From Gemmatimonadales bacterium (GTDB lineage Bacteria; Gemmatimonadota; Gemmatimonadetes; Gemmatimonadales; GWC2-71-9): a stretch of 64,000 bases of DNA. Below are positions 38,419 through 48,239 of this stretch, piece by piece. The position numbers and the translations under genes are program-made. Location: assembly GCA_039794085.1 (NCBI GenBank), contig JBDIWC010000005.1, positions 1 through 64,000 of the forward strand, given 5' to 3'. How positions within the stretch are numbered: position 1 is the first letter of the stretch; every line of letters starts with the position of its first letter. The notes beneath the pieces were generated by a model that had not been told where the DNA came from, did not search any database, and saw only the letters and a program-made list of their open reading frames with translations.

Positions 38419-39512
38419 CAGGAGCCTCGCCGTCCGGGACCGCTGCGTGATCGGGTGCGGTAGACGAAGGCGAGAACCTCGGCCACGGCGGCGTACAGGG
38501 CCGGCGGAATCATCCGTCCGACCCGCCCGGCCGAGAGGAGCGCGCGGGCCAGGGGGCGATTCTCGACGCACGGAACCCCGGCCTGACGGGCGATCAGCTT
38601 GATGCGCTCCGCCAGTTTCCGTTCGCCCATCGCGACCACGATCGGAGCGCCACTCACGGTCACGTCATACTTCAAGGCCACGGCGATGTGGGTCGGGTTG
38701 GTGACCACCACATCCGCCGTGCGCACGGCTCCCAGCATGCGTCGGCGTGTCATGGCTCGCGCCATGCTCTGCATCCGGCTCTTGAGCAATGGATCCCCAT
38801 CCTGCTCGCGTCGCTCCTGCACCACTTCCTGGCGGGTCATGCGAAGCTGCTTCTCGAACTGGAACCACTGCCAGGCGTAGTCCGCGGCGGCCACCAGCAG
38901 GAAGGTGCCGCCGCTGGCCAGAGCCACGTCCAGGGAGAGCTGGCGCATCACTGCGGGCACCGCGGGCACGGGGGACACCGCCAGGGCCAGCAGTTGTCCC
39001 CACGCGGCTCTCATGACCATCCAGACGGCCACCCCGATCACGGCAAACTTGGCCAGGGCTTTGAGCAGGGTGACGACGGACTGCATGCTGAAGAGACGTT
39101 TGAGGCCCTGCACGGGGTTGATCCGGGACGGATCGGGCGCCAGGGGCTTGAGGGACAGCACCCCACGGGCCTGGATCAGGTCGACGAGGAGAACGGGCAC
39201 CAGGATCGTGAGAAGCAAGGGCAGCAGGGCAAGCACCGTGGACGAGAGCGCGTGCTGGAGCAGGGTGCTCGCGCCGGCCATTTCGAGAGGGGTCGCTGCC
39301 AGAATCCCGAGGGAGTCCTGCAGGGTGGAGCGGGCATGCCGGGTGAGAACCTCCCCGCCCAGGAACGCCCCCCCCGCCGCACCGCCGAGGATGACCAGGG
39401 CGGCTGACAGCTCGGTGCTTCGAGGAATCTTGCCGTCGTCCCGTGCTTGCAACCGCCGGTGGGGTGTGGCTTGTTCAGTCTTTTCCTGTGCGGAGGTGGT
39501 GGAATCGGCCAC
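38418..39512 (-). CDS. flhB: Export switch protein FlhB
   Basis: EKTEQATP, NPTH autocleavage motif. Confidence 0.96.
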   Translation of the reverse strand: MADSTTSAQEKTEQATPHRRLQARDDGKIPRSTELSAALVILGGAAGGAFLGGEVLTRHARSTLQDSLGILAATPLEMAGASTLLQHALSSTVLALLPLLLTILVPVLLVDLIQARGVLSLKPLAPDPSRINPVQGLKRLFSMQSVVTLLKALAKFAVIGVAVWMVMRAAWGQLLALAVSPVPAVPAVMRQLSLDVALASGGTFLLVAAADYAWQWFQFEKQLRMTRQEVVQERREQDGDPLLKSRMQSMARAMTRRRMLGAVRTADVVVTNPTHIAVALKYDVTVSGAPIVVAMGERKLAERIKLIARQAGVPCVENRPLARALLSAGRVGRMIPPALYAAVAEVLAFVYRTRSRSGPGRRGS

Positions 39513-39515
39513 GGG

Positions 39516-40313
39516 CTACCTCCCCGCGGAGGGGTGGAAAGGGACCAGGATGGCCTGCGCTCCGGATTCGATGCCGCCGACCCATTCCGCCACATACTGC
39601 GCCGTGATCGGCACGGCCGCCCCCAGAAGGAGAAGACCGACGCCGACCGTCACGGGCACGGAGACCATGATTGTGTTCAGCTGCGGGACCGCCCGATTGA
39701 GAATGGCGAGCGCCAGGTGGGTGACGAAGAGCGCCACCAGAAGGGGAGCAGCGGCCCGGATGGCCACGACGAAGACGGTTCCCGCCAGAGCCACGACTCC
39801 GTGCGCTCCGGCCGCCGCGTTGGCCTCCCCCCCCAGAGGAAGGGTCTGGAGGCTTCCCCCCAGCGCGCGCACGAGGGCCAGATGCCCCCCGAGGGTGGTG
39901 TACAACGCCAGGACCATGAACCCCTTGATTTCGCCGAGCCCGGGCACTGTGATCTCCGACAGCGGGGAGAACGAGGCACCGAGCGACAGCCCCATCTGGA
40001 GGGACACAACCTCGGCGGCGACCGCGATCCCGTGGAGGAAGACGGCGGCGGTGAGGCCGATGGCCAGGCCGATGACGCCCTCGGTCACCAGGTGGACTGC
40101 CATCATGCCGGGTGCGAGAGGGGATGACAGAGCCGGAGCCGCCGGCAGCAAGGCCGCCGTGAGGACCAGGGCCATCGCGGCCCGCAGGCGTGTCGGGATC
40201 GATGCCATGGACCAGAGCGGTGCCACGAGAAAGAGCCCCCCCACCCGGCTGCTGGCCAGGACGAGCGCCGGCCAGAGGCCCGGGTCGAGGAGCTCGGCGG
40301 GAGTGCGGATCAT
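39516..40313 (-). CDS. fliR: FliR
   Basis: Multi-TM; QMGL, RAVPQLN; gene order. Confidence 0.92.
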   Translation of the reverse strand: MIRTPAELLDPGLWPALVLASSRVGGLFLVAPLWSMASIPTRLRAAMALVLTAALLPAAPALSSPLAPGMMAVHLVTEGVIGLAIGLTAAVFLHGIAVAAEVVSLQMGLSLGASFSPLSEITVPGLGEIKGFMVLALYTTLGGHLALVRALGGSLQTLPLGGEANAAAGAHGVVALAGTVFVVAIRAAAPLLVALFVTHLALAILNRAVPQLNTIMVSVPVTVGVGLLLLGAAVPITAQYVAEWVGGIESGAQAILVPFHPSAGR

Positions 40314-40579
40314 CCCGCCACCATCGGGATGGTGCGCAAGGACTCGATCAGGTACTCCACGAGGGTGCGAAGCATCCAGGGGAGCGTGAGGATGAGCACG
40401 AGGGCGACGGTGAGGAGCTTGGGAATGAAGGTGAGGGACTGCTCCTGGACCTGCGTCACGGCCTGCAGGAGGCTCACGACCACGCCGGACACGAGGGCCG
40501 TGATCAACAACGGTGCCGACACCATCAGGCCGATGAGCAGGGCGCGCTGGATGAGCTCGATGACCATCGCCGCGGACAT
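40310..40579 (-). CDS. fliQ: FliQ
   Basis: QAVTQVQEQSLTFIPKL. Confidence 0.96.
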   Translation of the reverse strand: MSAAMVIELIQRALLIGLMVSAPLLITALVSGVVVSLLQAVTQVQEQSLTFIPKLLTVALVLILTLPWMLRTLVEYLIESLRTIPMVAG

Positions 40580-40582
40580 GCG

Positions 40583-41725
40583 CTACCCCTGAAAACTGGT
40601 GACAAGGTTGCGGACGATCAGGGTCCAGCCATCCGCCAGAACAAACAGGAGCAGCTTGAAGGGCAGCGACACCATCTGCGGGGGGAGCATGAACATCCCC
40701 ATGCTCATGAGCACCGAGGCCACGATGAGGTCGATCACCACGAAGGGCAGGAAGATCACGAATCCCATCTGAAAGGCGGTGCGCAGTTCGCTCGTGACGA
40801 AGGCGGACATCACCGTCATGGTCGGGATCTCTGCGACCGTGGCCACCGTGTCGGCGCCGGTGAGTTCCGCGAAGGATCCCAGGTCCGTTTCCCGCGTGTT
40901 GGCCAACATGAACTGGCGGAGCGGCTGGATGCCCGCGTGATAGGCGTCGGCCTGGGGCAGGGTTCCCTCGAGGTAGGGCTGGAGGGCGGTGGAATTCATC
41001 TCGGTCAGAACAGGCTGCATCACCACGCCGGACAGCAGCACCGCCACCGCCACGAGCAACTGGGTCGGAGGGGTCGTTGGGGTCCCGAGCGCGGAGCGCA
41101 GGAAATGCAAGACGATCACGATGCGGGTGAAGCTTGTGGCCATCATCATGAGAGCGGGCAGCAGAGTCAGGGCGCCCAAAAAGACGACCAGCCCCACCGG
41201 GCCATCCAGGCGGATTCCCCCGTCGTCCTGTCCGATGGCAATCCGGATCTCCGGTCCCGTCGGCGGGGGCACGGCGGGCACGGCGGGAGCGGGGATCGCG
41301 GCGCGTTCCGTCCGGGCTGAGGGAGGAGGTGATTCGACGACCTGGGCCGAGAGGAGCCCCGGGATCAGGACCAACGCTCCCGCCAGGGCTCCGCGCCGGA
41401 GAAACCGCGCGCCATTCTGGAGCCAGGCCGGGAGGGCCCGCGTGGCCTCCCGGGGGGACAGGGCCGGAGCCGGAACCGGGTCCGGGGAGGTCTGGGGATC
41501 GAGTTCGGTGAGGAGTTGGACGGAGGTTTCTCCCAGGCCCACCACCAGGAGGCGATCACCGGCCCGAACCAGGGCCACGGCATGCTTGGGCCCTGCGGCG
41601 ACCCGCTGGAGGACCTCGAGAGCCACGGGTCCGCGGGCCGGGGTCCGTGCCAGAGCGCGGAGTCCGCGCAGGGACAGGACCAGAAGGCCCAGAGTGACGA
41701 GAAGGGAGGCGACCAGTGTGGTCAT
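40583..41725 (-). CDS. fliP: Fused FliO-FliP
   Basis: N-terminal FliO-like (LEVLQRVAAGPKHAVALVRAGDRLLVVG..VQLLTEL) in frame with FliP (TSFTRIVIV, AFVTSELRTAFQMGF, MGMFMLPP). Confidence 0.9.
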   Translation of the reverse strand: MTTLVASLLVTLGLLVLSLRGLRALARTPARGPVALEVLQRVAAGPKHAVALVRAGDRLLVVGLGETSVQLLTELDPQTSPDPVPAPALSPREATRALPAWLQNGARFLRRGALAGALVLIPGLLSAQVVESPPPSARTERAAIPAPAVPAVPPPTGPEIRIAIGQDDGGIRLDGPVGLVVFLGALTLLPALMMMATSFTRIVIVLHFLRSALGTPTTPPTQLLVAVAVLLSGVVMQPVLTEMNSTALQPYLEGTLPQADAYHAGIQPLRQFMLANTRETDLGSFAELTGADTVATVAEIPTMTVMSAFVTSELRTAFQMGFVIFLPFVVIDLIVASVLMSMGMFMLPPQMVSLPFKLLLFVLADGWTLIVRNLVTSFQG

Positions 41726-41727
41726 GA

Positions 41728-42027
41728 TCAGGTGGCTTGTTGTCCCGGAGTCCCGCCAAGGAGCCGCGTGATGCGGACACCAAAATGCTCTCCGATCACC
41801 ACGACCTCCCCCTCGGCCAGTTTCCGATCGCTCACGATGATATCGATCGGTTCTCCGACCATGCGATCCAGGCGGATCACCGATCCGATGCCCAGCTCGA
41901 GAACCTCCTGGATGGTCATGCTGGTGCGCCCGAACTCGATGGCGACGGGCAGGGGCACATCCATCAGGGCATCCATCGGAGCCGCCGCTCCCGACGCGAC
42001 GCCACTCCCAAGGTCATCCAGATTCAT
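41728..42027 (-). CDS. fliN: C-ring protein FliN
   Basis: DVPLPVAIEFGRT, GEVVVIGEHFGVRIT. Confidence 0.95.
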   Translation of the reverse strand: MNLDDLGSGVASGAAAPMDALMDVPLPVAIEFGRTSMTIQEVLELGIGSVIRLDRMVGEPIDIIVSDRKLAEGEVVVIGEHFGVRITRLLGGTPGQQAT

Positions 42028-43025
42028 TCCACGATCCTTCCCGTTGGGGCCCGGGCCGCAGAATCCTTGCCGGGGGGCAGGTGACGCGTCACGGCGACGC
42101 TGATGAGGCCGGCGCTTCGTCCGAGCTGGCCGAGAAAGCGGGGCTGGCCGTTGAGGTGGACGTGCACCGGTGTGTCCAGGGATCGCCCCGTGTGCAGGAT
42201 CTGGCCGACGGCCAGGCGGGCCGCGTCACGGCCTCGCAGCCGCAGGGGGGGGAACCGGACCGAGACGGGCATCTGGGCGGCGAGGAGGGAGTCCTCGATC
42301 TGCCCGCGCTCCGCCATCCGATCCGCCGGGTGGCTCCGGGCGGGGAGAATCGAGCGACCCTTTTCCTGCAGGAAACCCTCGAGGGCTGCCAACGGTAAAC
42401 ACAACGTCAGAAAACCTGTCATTGGTCCGATCCGGATCTCCAGGTTCCCCACGACCACGTTGTCCTCGCGACTGACGATCTGCAGAGTCTCGGGTACCGA
42501 CTCGAACGCATCGAGAGAGGGATCCAGCGCCAGGAGTTCTCCCCAGGCATCGCGATAGACCCCAAGGATCCGTTCCACCATCCCTCCGATGACCGCCTGC
42601 TCCAGTGCTGTGAGGGGGCGTTCGGAGGTGCTCGCCTCGCCCGATCCGCCGAACAGGCGATCCAGCATCTGGAACGCGAGCTGCGTCCCAACGTCCATTA
42701 CCCCCTGGCCGGAGGTGCGATCTCCCAGGTTGAAGACGTAGGCGGTGCAGGGGGTCATGAGGGAGAGAAGGAATTCGGCGAACGTGGCCTGCTCGACGCT
42801 GGTGACGGCCACGTCCACCGGGGTGCGAAGCCGGGAGGAGAGCAGGGACTGGATGCCCAGGCCGAACCGGGCGTGGATCGCCTCCAGGGTGGCCCGGCGG
42901 TCCTTCGAGATGCGTGGCGGGCGGAGGAAATTGTAGGGAATGATGTCCGGAACCCTCGCCGCGGGTTTGGCGGGGGCGGCTCCGGTCAGGAGCGAGTCGA
43001 TGTCCTTCTGGCTCAGGGCGCTCAT
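42024..43025 (-). CDS. fliM: C-ring protein FliM
   Basis: LSQKDIDSLL CheY-binding peptide, YNFLRP.RISK, LFGG, RPLTALE. Confidence 0.95.
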   Translation of the reverse strand: MSALSQKDIDSLLTGAAPAKPAARVPDIIPYNFLRPPRISKDRRATLEAIHARFGLGIQSLLSSRLRTPVDVAVTSVEQATFAEFLLSLMTPCTAYVFNLGDRTSGQGVMDVGTQLAFQMLDRLFGGSGEASTSERPLTALEQAVIGGMVERILGVYRDAWGELLALDPSLDAFESVPETLQIVSREDNVVVGNLEIRIGPMTGFLTLCLPLAALEGFLQEKGRSILPARSHPADRMAERGQIEDSLLAAQMPVSVRFPPLRLRGRDAARLAVGQILHTGRSLDTPVHVHLNGQPRFLGQLGRSAGLISVAVTRHLPPGKDSAARAPTGRIVE

Positions 43026-43033
43026 CGGGCGAT

Positions 43034-43552
43034 CTATTGGATGACGAACTGGGGGAGGTAGACCTGGAGCTTCGCCTCCGGCCCGGCCAAGGGGGTCAGG
43101 ACCTCGACCAACCGGTGTCGCAGGCGGTCCCGCGCACCCGGGGCCATCAGGGTGTCGAGCGACATGCTCTCCAGCAGCACACCGATCGCGTCCCGTGCGG
43201 GGATTTCCTGTTCGCGAAGATGCGCAACATTCTTGGGATTGGCGGCGGCGATGCCCACCGTGACCATGAGAAAACGGGTACCCATCGACCCCGCGGGGTT
43301 GATGATCAGGTTGCTGATGGTGTACACCTCTCCGGAGGCGCCGGCGGGACTGTGTCCCCCCGAAGATTCCTCCTCCTCGTGCGCCGCGGAGGGATCGGAC
43401 GGGGCCAGCCGCGGAGAGAGAACGAATCGGCCCAGTCCGCCGCCCGCGACGACCGCTCCGAGACCCACCAGGGCAAGGGTACGTCCGGTGGAGGCCTTGG
43501 GAGAGGAAGCGGTCGGCTCTCCCGTCGCCGTGGTGTCCGTCGTGTCGCTCAT
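43034..43552 (-). CDS. fliL: FliL
   Basis: Single TM; LIINPAGS.GTRFL, RDAI, VYLPQFVIQ. Confidence 0.92.
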   Translation of the reverse strand: MSDTTDTTATGEPTASSPKASTGRTLALVGLGAVVAGGGLGRFVLSPRLAPSDPSAAHEEEESSGGHSPAGASGEVYTISNLIINPAGSMGTRFLMVTVGIAAANPKNVAHLREQEIPARDAIGVLLESMSLDTLMAPGARDRLRHRLVEVLTPLAGPEAKLQVYLPQFVIQ

Positions 43553-43604
43553 GAAACTCCGGGGGAAAAGGTTGCCGCGGTGTTTTCGTCTCCCTCCTCT
43601 CAAG

Positions 43605-43619
43605 GCAACTGGTGTACCA
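43605..43619 (-). promoter_or_regulatory. Sigma54 promoter of the fliL-fliA operon
   Basis: TGGTACACCAGTTGC (GG-N10-GC). Confidence 0.8.
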
Positions 43620-43718
43620 CACCCGGCGGATTTGGAGGTGCCGGGCCAACTGCTTGCGGAACAGCGACTTCGCGTGATCGGCCCCGGGTCCGCAGGCTTC
43701 GGGCTGGCGCCCCTTGCC

Positions 43719-43754
43719 CGGCAGGGCTTGCCGGTCGGCCGACGACCGTTGCCG
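43719..43754. promoter_or_regulatory. Paired enhancer-like sites CGGCA-N5-TGCCG
   Basis: CGGCAGGGCTTGCCG (43719-33) and CGACGACCGTTGCCG (43740-54), 21 bp apart. Confidence 0.6.
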
Positions 43755-43832
43755 ACCGGTACGACGAGGCCCCGGCCTCCGCGCCAAGGGCGCGAACACC
43801 GGGGCTGGCTCCCCTGCGGATGAGGGGGGAAC

Positions 43833-45089
43833 TTACCGGCGCAGGTTAACCAGTTCGTTGAGCATTTCGTCCGCAGTGGTGATGACCCGGGCGTTGGCCT
43901 GGAAACCGCGCTGGGTCACGATCATGTTGGTAAACTCCGACGAGAGGTCCACGTTTGAGTTTTCCAGGGCACCGGGGGTGAGGGTGGACGTGTTGCTCGT
44001 TCCGGCGAATCCGAGAACGGCCAGCCCCGAGTTGGCGGATTCCCCGAACATGTTGTCACCCTGCCGCAGCAGGCCGGAGGGGTTGTTGAAGTTGGCCAGC
44101 GCGATCTGGGCCAGAGCCTGGCTCACACCGTTGGTGAAGAATCCGGTGATCACTCCGTTCGTGTCGAGGCTGATGTCGGTCAGGTCACCCGAGGGGAAGC
44201 CATCCTGGCTGGACACGACCGCGTTGGAGGGGTTGGCGAACCCCGCGAGCCCGTCAATGTCATTGATCGTTCCCGCGCCCAGCGTGACGTTGAAGGGTGA
44301 CCCGCCGCCGCCGCTGGGGGTCACCGTCAGGTCGGTCGCGGCTCCCGGAAGCACGAAGGTGGCCATGCTGCCGTTGGAGTTGAAGGTGACGGTGCCGGAA
44401 CCGGCCGGAGTGATTGTGGCAGTCGGCGAGGTCACGTCCCAGTCCCACGCGCCGGGGCCGGTGTTGGTGAACATAATCTCCAGGTTGTGGGGAGCGCCGG
44501 CGCCGTCGAAGACCACCACCCCCATCGCGTGGGTGTCGCCGACCTGGGCACCGAGATTGAGGTTGCCCGTGAGGCTGATCTGAGTGGTGGCCCGGGCGGG
44601 AGACTTCTGCCCCAGGGGGAGTACGATGTCGGTCACCGTGGAACTGTTGGAAAAGGTGCCGGAACTGTCGGCCACGATTCCCTGGACCACGTACCCGTTG
44701 TTGGGGGCGATCAACCGCCCACCGGCATCGAGCTGGAAGTTGCCCGCCCGGGTGTAGAACCGCTGGAATCCATTGCTCACGACGAAGAACGCGCTGCCCT
44801 GGATTGCGAGATCCGTCGTTTCCCCGGTGGATTCGAGCGTGCCCTGGGAAAAGAGCTGGTCGATGCTGCTCACGCTCATTCCCGACCCGACCTGGATCGG
44901 ATTGATGCCCCCCAGGTTGCCCGGGGGACGAGAGGCCCCCTGCAGGAGCTGGGAAAAGGCTTCCTTGAAGGTGACCCGGGATGCCTTGAAGGCCACGGTG
45001 TTGACGTTGGAAATGTTGTTGCCGATGACGTCCATCCGGGTCTGGTGATTGCGAAGACCGGAGACACCGGCGAAGAGAGCGCGCATCAT
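43833..45089 (-). CDS. flgE: Hook protein FlgE
   Basis: GNNISNVNTVAFKASR, YTRAGNF, LENSNVDLSSEFTNMIVTQRGFQAN. Confidence 0.97.
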   Translation of the reverse strand: MMRALFAGVSGLRNHQTRMDVIGNNISNVNTVAFKASRVTFKEAFSQLLQGASRPPGNLGGINPIQVGSGMSVSSIDQLFSQGTLESTGETTDLAIQGSAFFVVSNGFQRFYTRAGNFQLDAGGRLIAPNNGYVVQGIVADSSGTFSNSSTVTDIVLPLGQKSPARATTQISLTGNLNLGAQVGDTHAMGVVVFDGAGAPHNLEIMFTNTGPGAWDWDVTSPTATITPAGSGTVTFNSNGSMATFVLPGAATDLTVTPSGGGGSPFNVTLGAGTINDIDGLAGFANPSNAVVSSQDGFPSGDLTDISLDTNGVITGFFTNGVSQALAQIALANFNNPSGLLRQGDNMFGESANSGLAVLGFAGTSNTSTLTPGALENSNVDLSSEFTNMIVTQRGFQANARVITTADEMLNELVNLRR

Positions 45090-45141
45090 GAGTGGATCCT
45101 CGGTGAGGGAAGATGGACCGATGGGACAGGGGAGGAGAGGA

Positions 45142-45792
45142 TCATGACTGGACCTCGGTCAGGTCCGCCAGAGGGACCGTGAGAGAGCCGATCTGGAGCA
45201 TGACACCGCCGTCCTCCAAGTGGAATCCGGTCACGGTGCCGGCGGTGAATGGGGTCACCGCGATGTCGCCGTCGTTCGGACCTGTCACCGTCACACTGTA
45301 GCGGTAGGCCCCGGGAGGAACGGAGGCCGTGAGCTCGATGGCCTGACGTCCGGGACCTACCGGGACCTGGTGGGTGGCCAAGGCAGACCCCTGCGCGTCG
45401 AGGATGGTGATCCGTGCCGCGCCGCCCCCGGCTCCGACCTCCAGGCCGATCCGGGCACGACCATCCGGTCCGACCTCGAGCTGGTCCCCCCGGGCGACGA
45501 TGCTCTTCCCCAGCAGCGACGCCGCGAGCGTCGATTCCGAGGTGAGCCCCGCGAGGCCCGCGGCTCCCGCCTGGGCCGCCAGGCCCTCGCGAACTCCGAT
45601 GAGTTGCTCCAGGCTCGAGAACTGGGCGAGCTGGGTGATGAAATCGGTTCCCTCCAGGGGACTCAACGGGTCCTGGTTCTTGAGCTGCGCCACCAGCAGT
45701 TCGAGAAACTGCTGCGTGGAGGTCTCGACATTGCCAATCCGGGGGGGGGGGGGCGACGAGACTCCGCCGGCCACCGGGAGTGTGCTGATCAT
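45142..45792 (-). CDS. flgD: Hook cap FlgD
   Basis: FLELLVAQLKNQDPLSP, QLAQFSSLEQL. Confidence 0.95.
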   Translation of the reverse strand: MISTLPVAGGVSSPPPPRIGNVETSTQQFLELLVAQLKNQDPLSPLEGTDFITQLAQFSSLEQLIGVREGLAAQAGAAGLAGLTSESTLAASLLGKSIVARGDQLEVGPDGRARIGLEVGAGGGAARITILDAQGSALATHQVPVGPGRQAIELTASVPPGAYRYSVTVTGPNDGDIAVTPFTAGTVTGFHLEDGGVMLQIGSLTVPLADLTEVQS

Positions 45793-45801
45793 GCGGTCTG
45801 C

Positions 45802-47730
45802 CTACCTCTCTCGCTCACGGGGGGAGCGTTGGTGAGATCGTCCCTGACTGGGGGAACCCTCGTCATCCTGACGGCGGGAGTGCTGCGGGCGATCCTGCGG
45901 GGAATCCGTGGTGCGACGACTCTCGGGGGCCAGGCCGTACGGCGGCCGATCTCCCGGTATGACATGCTGAACCATCACCTGAACATCCCGGAATCCCTGG
46001 CGTTCGAGTGCCTGGTGGAGGGCGGTGGTCTCCCGGGTTCCGACCGGGACCTGCGGGGGACCGCGATCGATGATCGTGGCCTCCACCCGGTCGCCGCGCA
46101 CGAGAACCCGGATCGTGACGGCGGTCCCATCGTCCTGCCGGAGGGTCAGGGCCATCTGATCGCCCGGGGAGGCCTGGCGTGGGGAGGCATCGGGATTCGG
46201 CGCTCCGGGCCGCAGTCCGGGAAAAAGACTTGCATCAGACGGACCGCCATCGAGATGTGCTGCCGCGAGGGAGGGGAGCGGAACTCCCGAGCCGGGCGAG
46301 TGCTCGATCGGACCGGGGGGCTCGGTGACCCCCTGTGGGGCGTCCGGGGACGCGGAGAACTCCGCACCGGCGCCCATCGCCGAAGCCACCAGAGGGGATG
46401 AGGTGCGAGGTCGCGCGGAGGCGGCCGGAGTCATGCCCCCCCCGCGGGGCGACGAGGATCCCTCCCACCAAGCCGTGACCACCGCACGGGCCGAGGAGAG
46501 ACCGAGGTCCGCGACCGGCCGCAGATTCAGGTGCGGGGTGTCCCGGAGGGTGAACTCGGTGGAACGTGTCCGTCCCTCAGGCTTGGCTTCGGGGATCCGG
46601 AGCGCCTGGTCCCCGCCGGAGCCTGGGTGAGGAGGGCGGCTCCCCGGGAGCGCGTCGACAGCGAGCCCCTGCTCCTCCGTCGCCGGTGCCGAGCGGATCA
46701 GGGTGGCGGGCTCGCGACCGAGCTGTAACAGTCTGTTGGCGTCTGGACGGACCGGTGGCATCATGTGCTTCCCGTCCCGCAGGGGCTTGCCCGGGGAGGT
46801 TGGGCCGGACACGGTCTCCCGGAAAGAAGGAGGAAGAACCATGCCCGCTGCCTCCCCGCTGCGAACTGCCGGGTCGGAGGAGTGCGGAACACTCTCACCC
46901 CCGAGCGGGGCCGCACCCTCCTCGGGGGAGAGGGAGGCCTCTGATCCCTCGGTCGTTCCGTTCTCCAGGGGGAGGGAAGCTGACGCTGCGAACTCCCGGA
47001 TCCTGCGGGCCGGTTCGGTCAGCTCTCGGGTCGCGCGAGTGAGAATGACGGGTCTGCCGGGCTCCGCGCGGATCGGCGCATCGGGCTGGGGCCCCGCGCC
47101 GGGGCCCGTCCTCCGACTCGGGGGAAGGTGTTCTACCACCCTGGGTGTCTGTTCCACCGCTGCCGGAGCGAGGGCGTGCTCCCACGGCGGGCCGAAGGGA
47201 CCGGGGGGGCGCTCCGGCGCCGGGCCGGCCGGTGGGAGGCCGGTGAATCGGGGACCGACCATTGGAGGCGCTCTGTCCGGTGTCCCGGTTCCGTTCCCGC
47301 CCTCGGTCGCCGTGTCTGCAACCGGCGGTGACGAGGCGACGGGAGGAGATTCGGGACGAACCGGTCTCGGAACCAGGGGCCCGGGCTCCTCCCGCGGCCC
47401 GCGACCGGAAGTCGGCGCCCGGGTGGTCGTCTCGGTTTCGTGGCTGGTCTCGGGTTGGGGCTCGATGGTGGCGTCGGCGCCGGTCGGGATGTTGTCCGGC
47501 AAAAGGGGAACATCATTCATGCCCGAGCCTTCCCCCGAGGCGGACTGGGCCTGGACGGGGGCGGCGGCCGGTGCGCCCGGCGACCCCACAGTTCCTCCCA
47601 CGACCGCGTGGACCGCGCGGTGCATGGCCTCGGCGAAATCTTCCTCTTCGGCAGCTTGGGCCGGAGTCGGACTGCGGAGCGCGGGAACTGCGGGAACGGG
47701 GACGATGGCGGGGATGGTCACGGTGTGCAC
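45802..47730 (-). CDS. fliK: Hook-length control protein FliK-like
   Basis: Long Pro/Ala/Ser-rich region; C-terminal beta-rich domain then LHQALERQGF; upstream of flgD. Confidence 0.65.
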   Translation of the reverse strand: MHTVTIPAIVPVPAVPALRSPTPAQAAEEEDFAEAMHRAVHAVVGGTVGSPGAPAAAPVQAQSASGEGSGMNDVPLLPDNIPTGADATIEPQPETSHETETTTRAPTSGRGPREEPGPLVPRPVRPESPPVASSPPVADTATEGGNGTGTPDRAPPMVGPRFTGLPPAGPAPERPPGPFGPPWEHALAPAAVEQTPRVVEHLPPSRRTGPGAGPQPDAPIRAEPGRPVILTRATRELTEPARRIREFAASASLPLENGTTEGSEASLSPEEGAAPLGGESVPHSSDPAVRSGEAAGMVLPPSFRETVSGPTSPGKPLRDGKHMMPPVRPDANRLLQLGREPATLIRSAPATEEQGLAVDALPGSRPPHPGSGGDQALRIPEAKPEGRTRSTEFTLRDTPHLNLRPVADLGLSSARAVVTAWWEGSSSPRGGGMTPAASARPRTSSPLVASAMGAGAEFSASPDAPQGVTEPPGPIEHSPGSGVPLPSLAAAHLDGGPSDASLFPGLRPGAPNPDASPRQASPGDQMALTLRQDDGTAVTIRVLVRGDRVEATIIDRGPPQVPVGTRETTALHQALERQGFRDVQVMVQHVIPGDRPPYGLAPESRRTTDSPQDRPQHSRRQDDEGSPSQGRSHQRSPRERER

Positions 47731-48239
47731 CCCTGTGCCCCTCGGCGGAGTGCGGAGCGGGTGAGGGTTGCCGCCCGTTCCGCGGGGATCTGTTCCAAGA
47801 GCGCCGCTGCCTGGCGGACCCCGAGATGACAGAGGATCCGGTCCACTTCCTCATCCCCCAGAAACGTCAGAATGCCCGCGGCGTCTGCTGGCTTCATCTG
47901 AGCCAGGATCCGGCCCACCTGCTTCTCTGGCGGGTCCTGAACAACCGTTGTGGCCGGCGCATCCGAGGCCGGAATGGTCGCCCCGGTCTGGGTAGGGGGC
48001 GCCGAGGCCGACTCGGACGCCAGTGGATGATCGGGGGCAGGTTCAAGGGTGTCCGCCGCCGAATCCGTTGGCGCGAGGTCTTCTCCTGGTGCGGGGTCCT
48101 CGGCCGGTGCGTGCGCGCTGTCTGCGGAGATACCGGAAACCGCCTCGGCGGGATTGGCCGGTGTTTGTTGCATTCCCAGATAGGTTGAGAGCCCCAGCGC
48201 AAGTAGAAAAGACCCCCCGCCGACGACGATGAGTTTCAT
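47718..48239 (-). CDS. MotE/FlbB-like (MgtE N-terminal-like) flagellar protein
   Basis: N-terminal TM; RILAQMKPADAAGIL...AAALLEQIPAERAA; lies between fliJ and fliK. Confidence 0.75.
   Translation of the reverse strand: MKLIVVGGGSFLLALGLSTYLGMQQTPANPAEAVSGISADSAHAPAEDPAPGEDLAPTDSAADTLEPAPDHPLASESASAPPTQTGATIPASDAPATTVVQDPPEKQVGRILAQMKPADAAGILTFLGDEEVDRILCHLGVRQAAALLEQIPAERAATLTRSALRRGAQGCTP

Noticed and set aside
42024..43799. 591-aa extended FliM and other N-terminally extended ORFs (flgH, fliA, fliI, fliG, flhA)
   Set aside because: The extensions overlap upstream genes; conserved N-termini begin at later starts.
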